This document shows, piece after piece, positions 24,674-39,407 of a stretch of DNA of 64,000 nucleotides; the stretch's first letter is position 1; each line of letters begins with the position of its first letter. Below the pieces are notes generated by a model. The model had not been told where the DNA came from and searched no databases. It saw only the letters and a list, made by a program, of their open reading frames with translations. The position numbers and the translations under genes are program-made. The DNA comes from Paraspadella gotoi (Eukaryota; Animalia; Chaetognatha). Location of the stretch: assembly GCA_051294375.1 (NCBI GenBank), contig CM119266.1, forward strand, positions 24,044,411-24,108,410, given 5' to 3'.

Positions 24674-27600
24674 CTCCCATTAACTTTCTGGCGCCGCCAT
24701 TTTATTGTCACTAGTTCCCATTTTCGGATTCTTTAGGGTCTTTTCTCCCTCCCAAAATTTTCCCTGGCATTTTTTTTCGGCATTTTTTCTCGTGCATTTA
24801 TTATTTCCTTCTTCGCCCCCTGTCGAGGCTTGTCGCCTGCCCCCCTTTTCTCCCCAGCCCGACGACCATCGAGCGCCAGTCTCCCTTCTTTTCCAGAGTC
24901 CCTCCGGGCGTCCGTTTCGTAACGACTCGGCTATCTCGCACCGGGGTTCGGACCGTCTCCCCTTGCGCTCATTTTGAAAAGAGGGCGGGGGGAGAGTTGG
25001 CGCGGAGTTGTTGGGTGGGGAGAGGAAGCTGGAAGGGAAGATGGTAAGTAAAAAGGGGAGTATCTATCTCTCTAAAATTTATGAAAACTAGTCATTTTAG
25101 AACTTTTCTGTACCTTTTAAAATAGTTTCTCCGGATAGCACGGAATAAAACAAATATACCATTGTGTTATTTTCCTTTCTTTTCGTTGTGTAGTAAATAT
25201 TTAGAAAAAGTTTTAAATTTTTATATCAACAACGATTTTTTATATAACAAATATACCAAAATAATTTTATTAAAACCAAACCATGCAACGAAATTCATAA
25301 TTCTCCCTTCAAACTCAGGCAGACGATTCCCAGGTGTATTTTTGGGTTTTGAATCATAGCGATCATTCTGTACAACAGTGAGAGATGCGTATAATAATGA
25401 GAAGAGGATTGTAAAAAACTGATGGTAATGTTTTGTTTGTTTTAGTGTTATATGTTAGTGTTAGTAATTAATAAGTTTTCTCGTTCTTCGAATAAAATCT
25501 TTAAATAATGAATCACACGCTCAACGAAACGTTGTTGATCACTGATCCTGTATTTTGACAACTAAATTTTCACTCAAACGGCACTTTAAAAAATTACAAA
25601 TAAAAGTAATACCTACAACACTTTGTAAATTTATAAGTCACACAGTTATTCCGATTCTCATCTCAAAATAACTCAATCTTTTACATTGACTTAAGCGAAG
25701 TATCAGAATTGCTTCACAAGATCACGTGATTTCCGTCAAAAACGACTCGTGACTTTCACGTGACTCTCACGAGTTCATCACGAATCCTCCTATTTTCGAG
25801 TCGAACGCGAGTTTCACTCCCGTTTTAACTTTGACCTCGTTTTTTTCGGCGTCGGTTAGAAAAGACGCCTTTTCTCCAAACCCCCATTCTTCTTTTCCCC
25901 CTTTCCTCAAATACTTTCTCCCACCATTACCTACTTCTCTAATCCCTTTTATACCCAATCTCCTTTAACCTGAATTCTTTTTGTTTCCTACATTTTTTTT
26001 ATCATTTTCTTAATGGTTATTTTTATCATTTCCTAAATTGTTTTTAATACTTTTTATAATTATTTTCTAATATGTTTATTAACTTTTTCTTTTTTTTAAT
26101 TAACATTTCCTTAATAATATAGGCTATTTCAGTCATGCTTTTTGTCGTTATCTTGTTAACGATTCCATGCTCTTTATTTTTTTTCTTGAATGTTTTGATC
26201 AGTTCCCTCCTGTCTTGTCCCGCCCAACTCTTTACCAACTAAGTAGATATGTAGACATGTAGACATGTAGACAGTCCATCCAGTCCATCCGATACAAACC
26301 ATTCAGCTCCAACTCCACTCGCAACTTTTTTAACATCTATTTTCTGAACCACTCTTTCTTACCAACAATTTTATGATAAGCTCTATCGGGGCTCACAATT
26401 TTTTCTCTAGTGTGAAGGACACGGGAACCCGACCGAACGAAAACAAATCATCTCTCTCTCTCTCTCTCTCTCTCCTCTCTCTCTCCATCTCTACTCGTCT
26501 CTCTCTCATCTCTCTTCTCCTCTTCAAAAAGAAGGGAATGAACTTTGAAAAACCCTAAAACCTGCCGCGCGTCAAATCGACCATGCCTCTTGGTCTCTGC
26601 GGGAGTGTCTACCATTTTATTTTCTGCCATGGTGGACAATACTAAAAATATTTGTCAGGAACTTGGTATTCTTTTTATTGCCAACGGAAACGCTTGTTCC
26701 ATGAAGAAAGTTTTTAAGAAATATGTTGTCTTTTTCAAGTTGTGATTGATTAAACTAGTTTCCATTTTAAGTGCAGTAATAACTATAACAGTTGTAAATC
26801 ATTATACGTTTATAACAGAGATGATCTGATTCTTTGATCTGTATGTATATATGTACATATCTTCTAGTTTTTTTCATCTAGTTAAAAACTAAAAAGTGAA
26901 AGAATTCTTAATGAGTTCTTCAAGGTGACCTTGAAAAACTCATTTGTCACTGATCGAGCTATGGAATGTCTAAGGTGACTTCCTATCTCATCCTCAAGAT
27001 TTGAAAAATGACTCGAAACGCGTTTCAAATTTCAAATTGCACTTTATCATCATCATTGTATTTTTTTTAACAAACTGTACATCAAAAAAAGAAATAAATA
27101 AAGAAGGTACTACACAAAGATGACAGTGTGATTAAAAGTAAAAGTAAGTATCATATACCGTAAACATCACATTAAAAAAAACTGTGAAAATGATTGATGA
27201 AAAAAAATCACGGCAAGAGATTACATTGTTAATTGAACGAACGTAATACTACAGATAACATTTGTTGTCGGAAAAGATAGACATGCATCATGTTATTATA
27301 TATAGACTAAAAGTTTTTTTTTTGGCAAGTGAGACGATTTTGTTTGTTTATTTTACCTCGACAAAGGGTCACGGATTAAGTGACGCGCGTCTAGTAATGA
27401 TAGAATAAATTTATAATACTAGCTATAGTTAAATCGACGGAAGAAAAGGAGAGAGCGAGTGGCACAGACGAAAATAATCGACGAGTAACAAGACGATTTT
27501 TTTTGCATTTACTAGGAAGAAAAAAAAGATTTATGTAAAAAAGAGTGAAATGTGGAGGAAGTCTCGACTGAAGAATAACGAAAAAAAAAAGCAGCTGTTT

Positions 27601-28197
27601 AAACTCTTTTATGTGTCCGTTTTAAAAACAAATGCCGCGGAAAATCATTAATTAAAAACTACCTTTTTTCGGGCGAAATAGGGTTGATACGTTTCTCCAT
27701 AATTTACGATGTCAAAAACGACAAACGCTCGGTTAATCAGTAACTAAAATGCAAAATACTAAGCATTTCCCGCATCTCGTAATTATATGAATAAATAAAA
27801 GAATAAATTATTAAACGAAGCGTTGGTGGGGGAGTTTTATAGAGCTTTATATGTACTCGGCTCGCCAAAAACGAGATGCTATTTGTGTAATATTATTGTA
27901 TAACACGGTTAGGATGTGCGCCGATGACGAACACGTACTATTCGTGTCTCATTTTTTTGGACAAATCTAAGGCATTTTTAAAATAAGAAATTTCCGTGAG
28001 ATTCGATATTTAACGAATCCTCGAAAGCACGGCAACTAAATGTTAATAATTTATTATTTATTTATAATTATTTATTTAATTAAATGTTAATAATTTATTA
28101 TTTATAATTAATTATTTATTTAATTTTATTAAAATTTTTAACCGCGCGATCTAGGATTCGATTCGTTCATAAGAAAGGAGATGAGTAGAGAAGAGAG

Positions 28198-28234
<37 letters not shown>

Positions 28235-28645
28235 TTGACTCGATTCCAATTAGTATATAAAAACTTTCGTTTGTGTAAACCTCGATATTTTTTTTAGGAC
28301 CTCGAGTTTGTATGACAACAAGGGGGACTGTGTGTATTGAGAAAAAAGAAAGATCTGAAGAGAGAGTGAGAGAAAAAATCGAAGAGAAAGAGATGAAAAA
28401 AGGAAAATATAAAGAAGAGAGAAATAGAGAGATTGACTGTTGTTCCCGAAAAAATAAATCACAATGTCTTGCAATCGTGACAAAGTTTACAAAGAAATAT
28501 TACCTCAAAGAACTATGGGAAAAGTGAAATCTCTTTAAAAATGAGAAAGTGACGTAGGGATATAGAGGGAAAAGGAAAGATACAGAGAGAGTGAAGAGAG
28601 AGAGAGAGGAGAAGAGAGAGAGAGAAGAGAGAAGAGAGAGAGACG

Positions 28646-28683
<38 letters not shown>

Positions 28684-29372
28684 AGAGAGAATAGAAACCC
28701 GACGACTGCTTTGAGCCAAGGCTCTCGTAAAAGTCAGGGAAGATCGTTTCGATTCGCACTGATTCATGGTGACAATGGTCACGAGGGTTTTGATTCCGAC
28801 CGCGTAGAACCCGAAATCTCGTCTGGAACCTATCACGGTGACCACGTGACCCCCCATCACGTGATTCGTCGATCACGCGACCGGCGAGACGCCGTGATTG
28901 CGGATTTCCGACGTCGGGTCGGGGGCCGGCGGGCGCGGCGCGGTTCAGGGGTCGAGAAAATATTTTTTTTTAAAAATATGGCGACAAAATACTTATACTT
29001 ATATTTTTGTTTTTCCTTAGTCTAAATAGTAAATTTCGAAGAGTTTGTACTTTAATGGACTTTAGGGTTAGGTTAAATAATAAATATGCCACTCAACCTT
29101 TCCGGAACGTACGGTGCCGAGGGAACTCTCGGACCGGATTTCCTCTTCAAAGCAGCCGGACCCGACTCAGACACCGAAAGAGATTCAAAGTCGCCGCCAA
29201 CCGATTGTGGAGAACGTCCCGTTTTTCACGGTACAAAGGGAAATCCGTGTCGGGCATGTCGGCCGTGTCGGGCATGTCGGCCGTGCGGCACGCGGTCGGG
29301 CGGGTGCAGTGAAAGGGATGGAGGAGAAGAGGAGGAGGAATGGCGGAAAATGAAATGGTGTATAAGAGAACG

Positions 29373-29444
<72 letters not shown>

Positions 29445-29812
29445 AGATGGAGAAGAGAGAGGAGAGAGAGAGAGAGAGAGCAAAAAAAAAGAGGGAGTTT
29501 TCCGGGCGGCCAAAAACAACGAAAATTTCTCGGAGATTTTCCAACAAATTAAACAACTTCACAAGAATTTTCTAAAACGGATCAATGAAAAAAAAATTGA
29601 GAACAGAGTGGACTAAATAGCTGAAACAAGATGAGTCGAAAGAGATTTAAGGGGATCTGAATTTTTAAGGGGGTTAGTCGAAACTCGTCGGTAGAAGAAG
29701 CAAGAAAAGAAAACGAATTTAATGTTGAATAAAGAGGAGAAGAAAGAGAAAGATTTGATTGAGAGAAAGAAAAGAGAATCACGGGGAGAAAGAGAGAGAG
29801 AGAGAGAGAGAC

Positions 29813-29854
<42 letters not shown>

Positions 29855-30170
29855 AGAGAGCGAAGAGAGAGACCTGAAAAGAGAGACACGCCGATTCTGG
29901 CCGTCAGATAATAATGGAGCGTCGCTCTTGCTCTCTCTCACTCGATCGTCTTCTCAACCTCTCAACTCCCCTCACTCCTCTCTCTTTGGCACGGCCTACT
30001 TGACGGAAGCGGCAAGGGGTAGCAATGAGACGCATCGAGGAAGAATTTTAAAAAAAATATTGTTTTTTTATATTTCGTGTTTTAATGCAAGCGTTATAAA
30101 TACAAAAAAGACCTCGTGACAAGCGTTACAACCGGGGGGACGAAAGGAATAGAATAGATTGTAAAGAGAA

Positions 30171-30211
<41 letters not shown>

Positions 30212-32182
30212 AGAGGATGTCCTTTAACAATATTAAATGGTTTTTCTCTCTCTCCATTCTTTTTTAACGAGTACGGAAGAAATATTTAAGATGAGAAAGT
30301 GAAAGCGGTTGTGGGGGGCGGAGGACGAGGAAATCGGTCAAGAACATTGGAATTTCACTCCGTGAGAAATTCAGTGTTTTCAGTGCATTTCTTAGAATGT
30401 GCTATGTTTATTCTATGCTGATTTAATAATTTTTTTAGAGATCGCGAAGGCAGATTTATGCTAATAGATGTCGAATAGTGACGAAATAGCAAGGTTAGTA
30501 TATGCATAAAGGTAATTTTTTGAATTTTTTGACAATTGCTACCGAATTGGATAAGACTAAATGAATAAAGTATGTAAAAGAAAGAAAAGAAAGAAAAGAA
30601 ATAAAGAAAAGACAGAAGAAAGAAAGACCAGGAAAGAAAGAAAGAAAGAAAAAAAACAGAAAGATAAGGGCATCTAAATTTTATCAACAAAAAAACACGA
30701 AGAGAATGTTGCAATTTCTGCGACGACGCAACGAATATCTAAAACGGAGCGAAAAGAGGTGAGAAACATTCCATTCCAAACTTGTTTTTTTTCTAATTCA
30801 ACTGGCAAAAATCTGGCAGCGTTGAATGGGGAACAACCTTCTAAATCAGCACAAGAAATCGTATTTTTCGAAACAATAAAAAAACTAATGGCAGACTAGG
30901 TAAGGATGGCGAGTCAAAAATGTAGCCGTCGTTTGAACAAGAGCAAAAGAAAAAAAATATGTATTCGTGGTGGTTTTGTGTTTTTCGATAGACGTAGCAA
31001 ATGGGGAAGAGAAGAGAGCAGAGGAGACTAGAGAGAGAGAGAAGAAGAGAGAGAGGAGAGAAGAGAGAGAGAGAGAAGAGGGTGGGGGGGGATGGGGCAA
31101 AAATGGGGGGGGGCGGATAAAAGAGAGAGAGAGAGAGAGAGAGTAGGAGAGGAGAGAGATAGAACTTAAGAAACCTCTGATAGTTGACGAGCGGCGACTA
31201 AAGTTTTTACAATATTTTTTTTTCGTAGTACGCGCGGAGAAAAACTCGACAAACGGTTTAACTTCGACCCCTCGATTGCTTTGTTGTGTTTCGTTTAAAA
31301 CTAACGACTATAATTAATTAAAAAAAATACAATTTATTAGCCTTTATTTTAAGTACTGAAAAAAGTTTCGTATGTTCTAATAATAAAGCTTATGATGTGA
31401 AGTCGTTAGTTTTATTGTAATACAGAAATAAGATTAAAAAACTGTTTTTGGATAAGTTAGATTTAAAGGGGCGTTTTTTAGGATGGGACGACCGTTTTTA
31501 AAAAAAAAAAGATAATTTACGAGTACTCCGCCGAACAACTCTAAAGTCACTTTTCGGTCGTCTGTTTTGTCCGTCGGTATGCCTGTCTGTCGTCTGTCCA
31601 CTTTTGTTAAAAATGCATATAATTTGCTTAATAGTTGATTGCTTCATTTGTTAAGACCAAGAAAAAAACCTATAATCTAAGGGACTGGTTAGCGCCGCCT
31701 TCAGTAACTCCAAAACTAGTAAAGAATAAAAGCAACAAGAATTTGAAGGAGTGCAAGTCATAATACACAACGCTCAAACAATTTGTTTAGTCATGTATGC
31801 ATATCATGTGATCAAAAGAAAATACGCGTGAAAATAAAGTCATCTGCGGCGCAACACATTGAATTATCGTACTTAGTTTAAAAAAACTTTGAAAAACTTT
31901 TTACCGTGAAGAGCTCGTCTTTCTAAGTTTTTTCTGTTTAATCATTTCAATTTTTCCCACCGGATCGCTATCTTGATAAATTGATTAAAAACAAAAGACC
32001 AATCAGTCCGGTCTGATAGTTCTTCATTATCTACGTAAGTGATAGACTTTCCTTTAATTATTACCACCACAATATATTTGGCCAAAAAGGCCCTAAGTAA
32101 AAGTCGTCGTTTCCGCCATTCCCCCACACGCGTACGGAAATAAAAGACCTCATTGGCCACGGGCGTCACTGACGAACCGATG

Positions 32183-33581
32183 TCAGCCGTTGACGTAGTG
32201 TTGATTTGTCGCGTTGTCCGGCGGACTTGAGTTGACCTCGTGAAAGGTTGAGCCGCGCTCGCCCCGGTCGTCATGCCGACGCGCCTGCCGACCCAGGTCG
32301 GATTGTTGGTTTCTGGTGTCCCATGAGGGCAGCCGACCGCGGGCTTGCCGTCTGCATTTGTTATGCACGCGTTCGCCCTCCGCCTCCGCCGACTCCGCCG
32401 CCGCCGCAGCATGCCGCCCGCCGCCGGCCCGCAGCCGCTGCCGCGGCCTCGACGTAACTTGACGCGCGTGCTCCTAGACTCGGTTTTTCTGTTGCTGGCT
32501 GCAATTGATGCTCGAGCAGCGAACGCCGGAGGATTCTTGAGGCGGGAAGCGGAAGACCTCGGGCGAAGCGACGCCGCGGGACTGATGACGACGCCGACAA
32601 CGGACGGCCGCTTTATTCCTCGCCGCCGCCTAGCGCCGCCGTGGCTCTTGGCGCCGCCGTCGAGAAGTCGGCCGTTTTCGTCGAAGAGTTCCTTGTCGTC
32701 AGTCGGTCGTCCTCGTCGTCGTCGTCAATCGCGGTTCTCACGTTCTCGTCCTCGACGAGCGAGACGAACGAACTTGGAACCTTGGAAGCTTGGCCCGCGC
32801 CTCCGCGTTTAAGGTTCGGAGAATACTTTTGTTTTGTTGTTCTTTCATTCTCCTTCAATCCGATCGATTCTGGAACCCTAACAATGAAAGGGGAAGATGG
32901 GGGGGCGGCGCGGAGAAAGGGGCGTGGTTTACCTGGCGATCAAATTTAAACAGAACCTTACATGATATTACGCCTCGTTTTGAACTGTCGATTCGTATTA
33001 AGTTTGAATGGTAATTTTGGTAGCGTCAAAATATTAGTCATTACAGTATAACGTTAGTTATAAATTATACAAGCGACTGTAAAAAACCTAAAATACATTT
33101 CTAATGTCAGAAAGAGCAAGACCCTCTAAGTTTTTAATCAAAACTCTCTCCGACTTAAGTTGTAATTAACTGTCACCGAATACTTGGCTCCTATCAATGA
33201 AGTGTATACTATTTTTTTAAAACTTATCAATTTGACTATGCTACGTACTAATCTAATCTTACTTTAATTACTCTCCTATCTTACTTTTCTTGTCTCGTAT
33301 CTTTCTCATCTTGAGTCGACGGATTCCTAATCCTTCTGCTCTCCTCCTTTCAATCAATAACAACGAAAAAGCCCGATGTACCGAACGGTTTGACGCCGCC
33401 AACCGTCGCCCGGCACGCCCCGCGCCGGCGACGGCGCCCACACGCCGCCTCAACGGCCGGCGTTCTATCGCCGCTAATTACGCGCACTCGATGCGGCGCC
33501 GCGTGAATTATTGCTCTTCTGTGAAACGTGCGAACGCTGCACTCCTTTGATGACACGGAACGCATTCTCGAGGAGGATGGG

Positions 33582-33612
<31 letters not shown>

Positions 33613-33962
33613 CTCTCTCTCTCATCTCTCTCTCTCCTCCTCGTCTCCTCTGTTTATTCTCTGCTCTCCTCTCTCTCTGCCTCTGCGCCCTTTCTTTCCC
33701 TTCCACAAACTAAAAACGGTCCGTAGCCTGAAACGTAGCCTTTTCTTTATACATGGTTTTCATTTTAGGTAATTTTGATCTACCAAGAATACCATCAACG
33801 CTACTTACCTTTTGATCTGCCTCTCGTAAGATCAAGGCGTGGGCGATCTCGATCCTCCTCTCCTCGTCAGGTATCGATTGAAGTGATACTCTTTCTCCAT
33901 TCCAGCGTCTGGTAGCGAGTGTAGGTCTGTCGCCCTTTTGTTAACGAGGGAGTTGCCTGGCC
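32183..33962 (-). CDS. Ubd-A group Hox gene, noisy copy A (homeobox exon about 33809-33962; last exon about 32183-32880)
   Basis: Fragments such as [13 protein letters not shown] and a C-terminal ..YVNG* colinear with copy B; many indels; probably a redundant read of one locus. Confidence 0.7.
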
Positions 33963-34840
33963 TTGAAAGACGAAATAGGATAGGGAAAAATGGGGGAAAA
34001 ACATTATTTAAGAGGTACATTGAAATCTTTTTTCCGTCTACTGAATGGACACTTATCGTTTCATTTCCACGTTGGTATCCCAAATCTTGTCACATTTGGA
34101 TAGCAATGGTGAACTGTAAACCTTTAACAGTTTTGTCTTGCACTTGAAGCCGCTTCAACAACCGTCCTCTTAAAACTTGACTCCAATAATCGTCTATCAC
34201 CAAGCCACCTTTCGTGAAATCTCCGGACAAGAAGGGGTCGCGAGGAAACATGGGAGGCTATCTTCTCGAAATCTCGACCTCGCTTGTGTTTTTGTTAGAG
34301 GGACCACAGTTATATAAGCAAAACATTCCCTTCCCCTTCCGTCGCCCGCCGGCGATTCCAAATAACTTTTTTTTAGAACGTCTCTTCTCTCTCTCTCTCT
34401 CTCTCATCGTCTCTCTCTCTTCTTCTCTCTCCCTCCTCTCTCGTCTATCTCATTCTCTCTCTCTCTTCGTCTCTCTCTCTTTTTTTTTTTGCTTTTTGAA
34501 AAACCAAACTTATTTTTTCCGCGCCGCGCAGCGCTTGTTTCAAGCTTTTTTTTTTCACACAACCATCTAATCACCACATACGCCAAAAATTTATTTTGAA
34601 TTTCAGCATCGAAACGCCTATTCCCTTAACCACCAGCGTCGCGTTTAAAATAAAAAAAACGCTTCGGGAAAAAAGTGGAGAATTCAGTTTCGCCCCTCTT
34701 TATATTCCCACCCTTTCATAACTTTTCTTCTTCCATGAATGGCTTTTGGCAACCGTTTTAAGCATAACACTTGTTCAGCTCGCATTGTTATGAGATAGGA
34801 ATGGAGGAAAACCATCAAAAGAGAAAGAGAGAGAGAGAGA

Positions 34841-34873
<33 letters not shown>

Positions 34874-35770
34874 GAGAGACGAGAGAGAGGAGAAGTAGAG
34901 AGAGAGGAGAGAGAATTGAAAGTCCAAGGTATAACTAGAAAGAGAGAATGAGAGAAAAGAAAGAAAAGGGAAATTAAATAACGAGTCGAGAATTTTTTTC
35001 TTTATCTTCTCTGATGTATTTTAATATCCCTTTCTTTCCTCCTCATGTTTATAATGATTTTCTTATGTCCTTAATTTTTTCCCCTTTTTCATTTTCTTTT
35101 TTTTCCAGTTTTTTTCCTTTTGTAGTTTGCAAACTGTTTTGAGCGGCCGTTCTCGGCGCGAGATTCAATGTCGTTCTTTCCTTGTCAGCGCTCGCCTTAT
35201 TTACCTGCCCATTATTTTCCAGGGCCTCATATTTTACTTTTCCACCAGCCATATTGAATAGAATGCCTATCCCCCCGGCCAAACTAAATTGTCAACTATT
35301 ATATTTCATTCTAGGAAATATGGGTTTTTTCTTCTGTATTGTATTATGCTGATGAATGGCACTTAAGAATAAGTTCTATGTTTTACAATGCTAAATGGTT
35401 ATTTCCTTCCAATCTTTCTTTCTTTCCTCCCTTTTTTTTTCCCCCTATACAGTTTTCCCCTTTCTTCCTTCCACAAAAGTCCGCATATACAAACACTGCG
35501 TGGTTTTTTTTCCATTAATTGATTTCACTTTAATTCCCTCCATTGTAGGTTAATAACCCTTTCCACCATCTCCATCACGCCTTTCTTCATCGCGTCTGAG
35601 TGACTTATGTCTGTCGCCTTTCCCCAGCACACAATCCCGCGGAGCCGCAACCAATGATTAGTCCCGAGAATCTGGCCATTTTGCAGAGGGAGACTCGGTG
35701 GAAATTAATGGTTTGGAGAGAGAGAGAGAGAGAGAGAGAAGAGACGAGAGATGGTAGAAGGCAGAGAAGA

Positions 35771-35814
<44 letters not shown>

Positions 35815-37224
35815 AAGAAGAGAGAAGAAGAAGAGAGAGGAGATGAGAGAGAGAGAGAGAGCAGGCAGGACAAAAGTGGCGGCTGCGAAATGGCAGAATT
35901 TACGACTTTCGCGTTGTCCAAGCTTCTTACGGTTTAATATATTATTTTATTTAAAGGATATTTCTACCCTATCTCTCAAATTCGTATCCCACTTGAAAGC
36001 TAAAGTTAAAGAATCTCACGGCTTTGTTATGAAATATACGATACTAGCTATCCCGGCGTTTATGGAAAAAATTCATATTAATTATTTACCAAATAAAAAA
36101 ATAGATGATGCTAATTTCATTTTTAGAGACCTCAGTTGTTTTGTAAATTTTAAGCATTTTAGCATTATGTCTGCCCCATTGGTTTCATGCGTTGGAACCA
36201 ATTCGCGAATGCAATTCAAATTAGTCTTATCTGAGATAAAATTATTTATTTAAATGGTATTGTAATGAATAGAATTTATGAAGCTGCTCTGATGAACGTA
36301 CCCAGTCTGAGTAGGGCTACAAATTGGAAATAAAACGTAAAATTGTGAGACGAAATCAAGCCGAAAAGAGATTTTTCGCTAAAAAAAGTCCACATGTGTT
36401 TAGAGATAAGTGACTGTCAACGCCAACACGCCGGACTCATTTCGCCAGTCGGGAACAGTCAATAGTGCGGGGGAAAAAGACTTTGCGTGTAGTGAGGTCC
36501 TGCAATGTGCGCGAATGTATACTGCCGTGCGAAGGTGTCGAAAATACAATCCTGCGCGCACTTAGAGATGAGGGAGGTGGGTGAGAGAAAGAGAGAGAGA
36601 GAGAGTTAGAGACGGAGAANNNNNNNNNNNNNNNNNNNNNNNNNAGGAAATCGGTTTCGATTCGCGACTGATTCATGGTGACAATATGTCACGGTTTTGA
36701 TTCCGACGCGAGAACCCGATCTCGTCTGGACTATCACGTGACCCAGTGACCCGCTCCATCACGTGATTCGTTCGATCACGCGACCCGGCGAGACGTCGTG
36801 ATTCGGATTTCCGCGTCGGGGTCGGGGGCGGTCGGGCGCGCCGGTTCAGGGGTCGAGAAATATTTTTTTTTAAATGGCGACAAAATACTTATATATATTT
36901 TTGTTTTCTTAGTCTAATTAGTAATTTCGAAGAGTTTGTAACTTTATGGATTTAGGTTAGGTCAAATAATAAATATGCCACTCAACCCTTTCCGGACGAC
37001 GTGCCGAGGGACTCTCGGCCGGATTTCCTCTTCAAAGGCGCCGACGACTCAGACCGGAAGAGATCAAAGTCGCCGCCACCGATTGTGGGAGAACGTCCCG
37101 TTTTCACGGTTCAAAGGGAAAATCCGTGTCGGGCATGTCGGCCGTGTCGGGCAACGCGGTCGGGCGGTGGCATGAAAGGGATGGAGGAGGAATGGCGGAA
37201 AATGAAATGGTGTATAAGAGAACG

Positions 37225-37292
<68 letters not shown>

Positions 37293-37644
37293 GAGAGCAG
37301 ATGAGAGAGAGAGGAGGAGAGAGAGAGAGGCAAAAAAAAAGAGGGAGTTTCGGCGGCCAAAACACGAAATTCTCGGAGAGTTTTCCAAAAATTAAACAAC
37401 TTCAAGAATTTCTAAAACGGATCAAGAAAAAAAAAAATTGAGAACAGAGTGACTAAAGCTGAAACAAGATGAGTGAAAGATTTAAGGGGATCTGGAATTT
37501 TTAAGGGGTTAAGTCGAAACTCGTGGTAGAACAAGGAAAGAAAGAATTTTAATGTTGAATAAAGAGGAGAAAGAAAGAGAAAGATTTGATTGAGAGAAAG
37601 AAAAAGAGAATCAGGGAGAAAAAGAGAGAGAGAGAGAGAGAGAC

Positions 37645-37697
<53 letters not shown>

Positions 37698-37940
37698 CTT
37701 GAAAAGAGGACGCGATTTGCGTCAATAAATAATGGCGTCGCTCTTGCTCTCTCTCACTCTCACTCTCTCACTCCCTCACTCCCTCTCTCTTTGGCACGCG
37801 CTATTGACGGAAGCGCAAAGGGTAGCATGAGACGCATGAGGAAGAAATTTTAAAAATATTGTTTTTATATTTCGTGTTTAATGCAAGCGTTATAAATACA
37901 AAAAAGACCTCGTTGACAAGCGGTTACAACCGGGGGGACG

Positions 37941-38082
<142 letters not shown>

Positions 38083-38853
38083 TCCTTTAAAATATTAAAT
38101 GGTTTTTCTCTCTCTCCATTCTTTTTTAACGAGACGAAGAAATATGTTAAGATTGAGAGTGAAAGCGGTTGTGGGGGGCGGACGAGAAATCGGTCAAACT
38201 TGGAATTTCACTCCGTGAGATTCAGTGTTTTCAGTGCATTTTAGAATGTGCTATGTTTATTCTGCCTGATTTATATTTTTTTAGAGATCGAGGCAGATTT
38301 ATCTAATAGATGTCGAGATAGTGAACGAAATAGCAAGGTAGTATTTGCATAAAGGTAATTTTGAATTTTTTGACAATTGCTACCAATTGATAAGATAAAT
38401 GAATAAAGTATTGTAAAAAAAGAAAGAAAGAAAGAAAGAAATAAAGAAAGACAGAAAGAAAGAAAGACAGAAAGAAAGAAAGAAAGAAAAAAAAAACAGA
38501 AAATAAGGGCATCTAAATTTTATCAACAAAAACACGAAGAGAATGTTGCATTTCTGCGACGACGCAACGAATATTCTAAACGGGAGCGAAAGAGGGAAAA
38601 CATTCCATTCAACTTTTTTTTCTATTCACGGCAAAAATCGGCGTTGAATGGGGAACAACTTTCTATTCAGCAAGAAATCTGTATTTTCGAACAATAAAAA
38701 AACTATGGCAGACTAGCGTAAGGATGCGATCAAAAATGTACCTCGTTGACAAGAGAAAAGAAAAAAAATATGTATTCGTGTGGTTTTGTGTTTTCGATAG
38801 ACGTACAATGGGAAGAGAGAGAGAGAGANNNNNNNNNNNNNNNNNNNNNNNNN

Positions 38854-39373
38854 GCTCCTCATACTCTCTCAGTCTCATCCTCTCGTCTCGTCTCATCAGC
38901 TCATCCTCTCTCTTCTCTGCTCTGCTCATCTAATCTCATCTCGCTCATCTCTCTCTTCCCCATTGCTACGTCCTATCGAAAACACAAAAGCCACCACGAA
39001 TGACATATTTTATTTTACTTTTGCCTTGTGTCAACGAGGCACATTTTGACTCGCAGTACCTTACCTAGTCTGCCATTAGTTTTTTTATTGTTTCGAAAAA
39101 TCACAGATTTCTTGCTGATAACTAGAAAGTTGTTTCCCCAATTCAACGCCCGATTTTTTGCCGTTGAATTAGAAAAAAAACAAGTTGAATGGAATGTTTT
39201 CCCTCTTTTCACTCCCGTTTAGAATATTCGTTAGCGAGTGCGTCGCAGAAATGCAACATTCCTCTGTCGTGTGTTTTTGTTGATAAATTTAGATGCCGGG
39301 CTTATCTTTCCTGTTTTTTTTCTTTCTTTCCTTTTCTGTCTTCTTTGTCTTTCCTTCTTTCTTTAGTTTTTCT

Positions 39374-39375
<2 letters not shown>
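38854..39375. repeat. Inverted (fold-back) copy of the adjacent 38450-38828 segment
   Basis: Reverse complement of sequence also at about 30600-31050; forward orientation resumes after an (AG)n tract near 39404. Confidence 0.8.

Positions 39376-39407
<32 letters not shown>

Noticed and set aside
24600-24710. GAGA tract plus GCCATTTT (Pho/YY1) as a Polycomb response element
   Set aside because: AG tracts are ubiquitous in this window, so the co-occurrence is uninformative.
32183-33962. Hox pseudogene or recent paralogue
   Set aside because: The indel-dominated divergence and 25-N junctions fit uncorrected reads of the same locus.
35600-36253. 217-aa ORF repeated identically at 43692-44345
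   Set aside because: Runs through an (AG)n tract in Hox intronic/upstream DNA, is not preserved in the third copy, and its duplication is likely artefactual.
36510-36535. Resemblance to mir-iab-4/8 (GTATACTG)
   Set aside because: Short match, no hairpin, and absent from the third copy. No mir-10 or mir-993 sequence was seen either.
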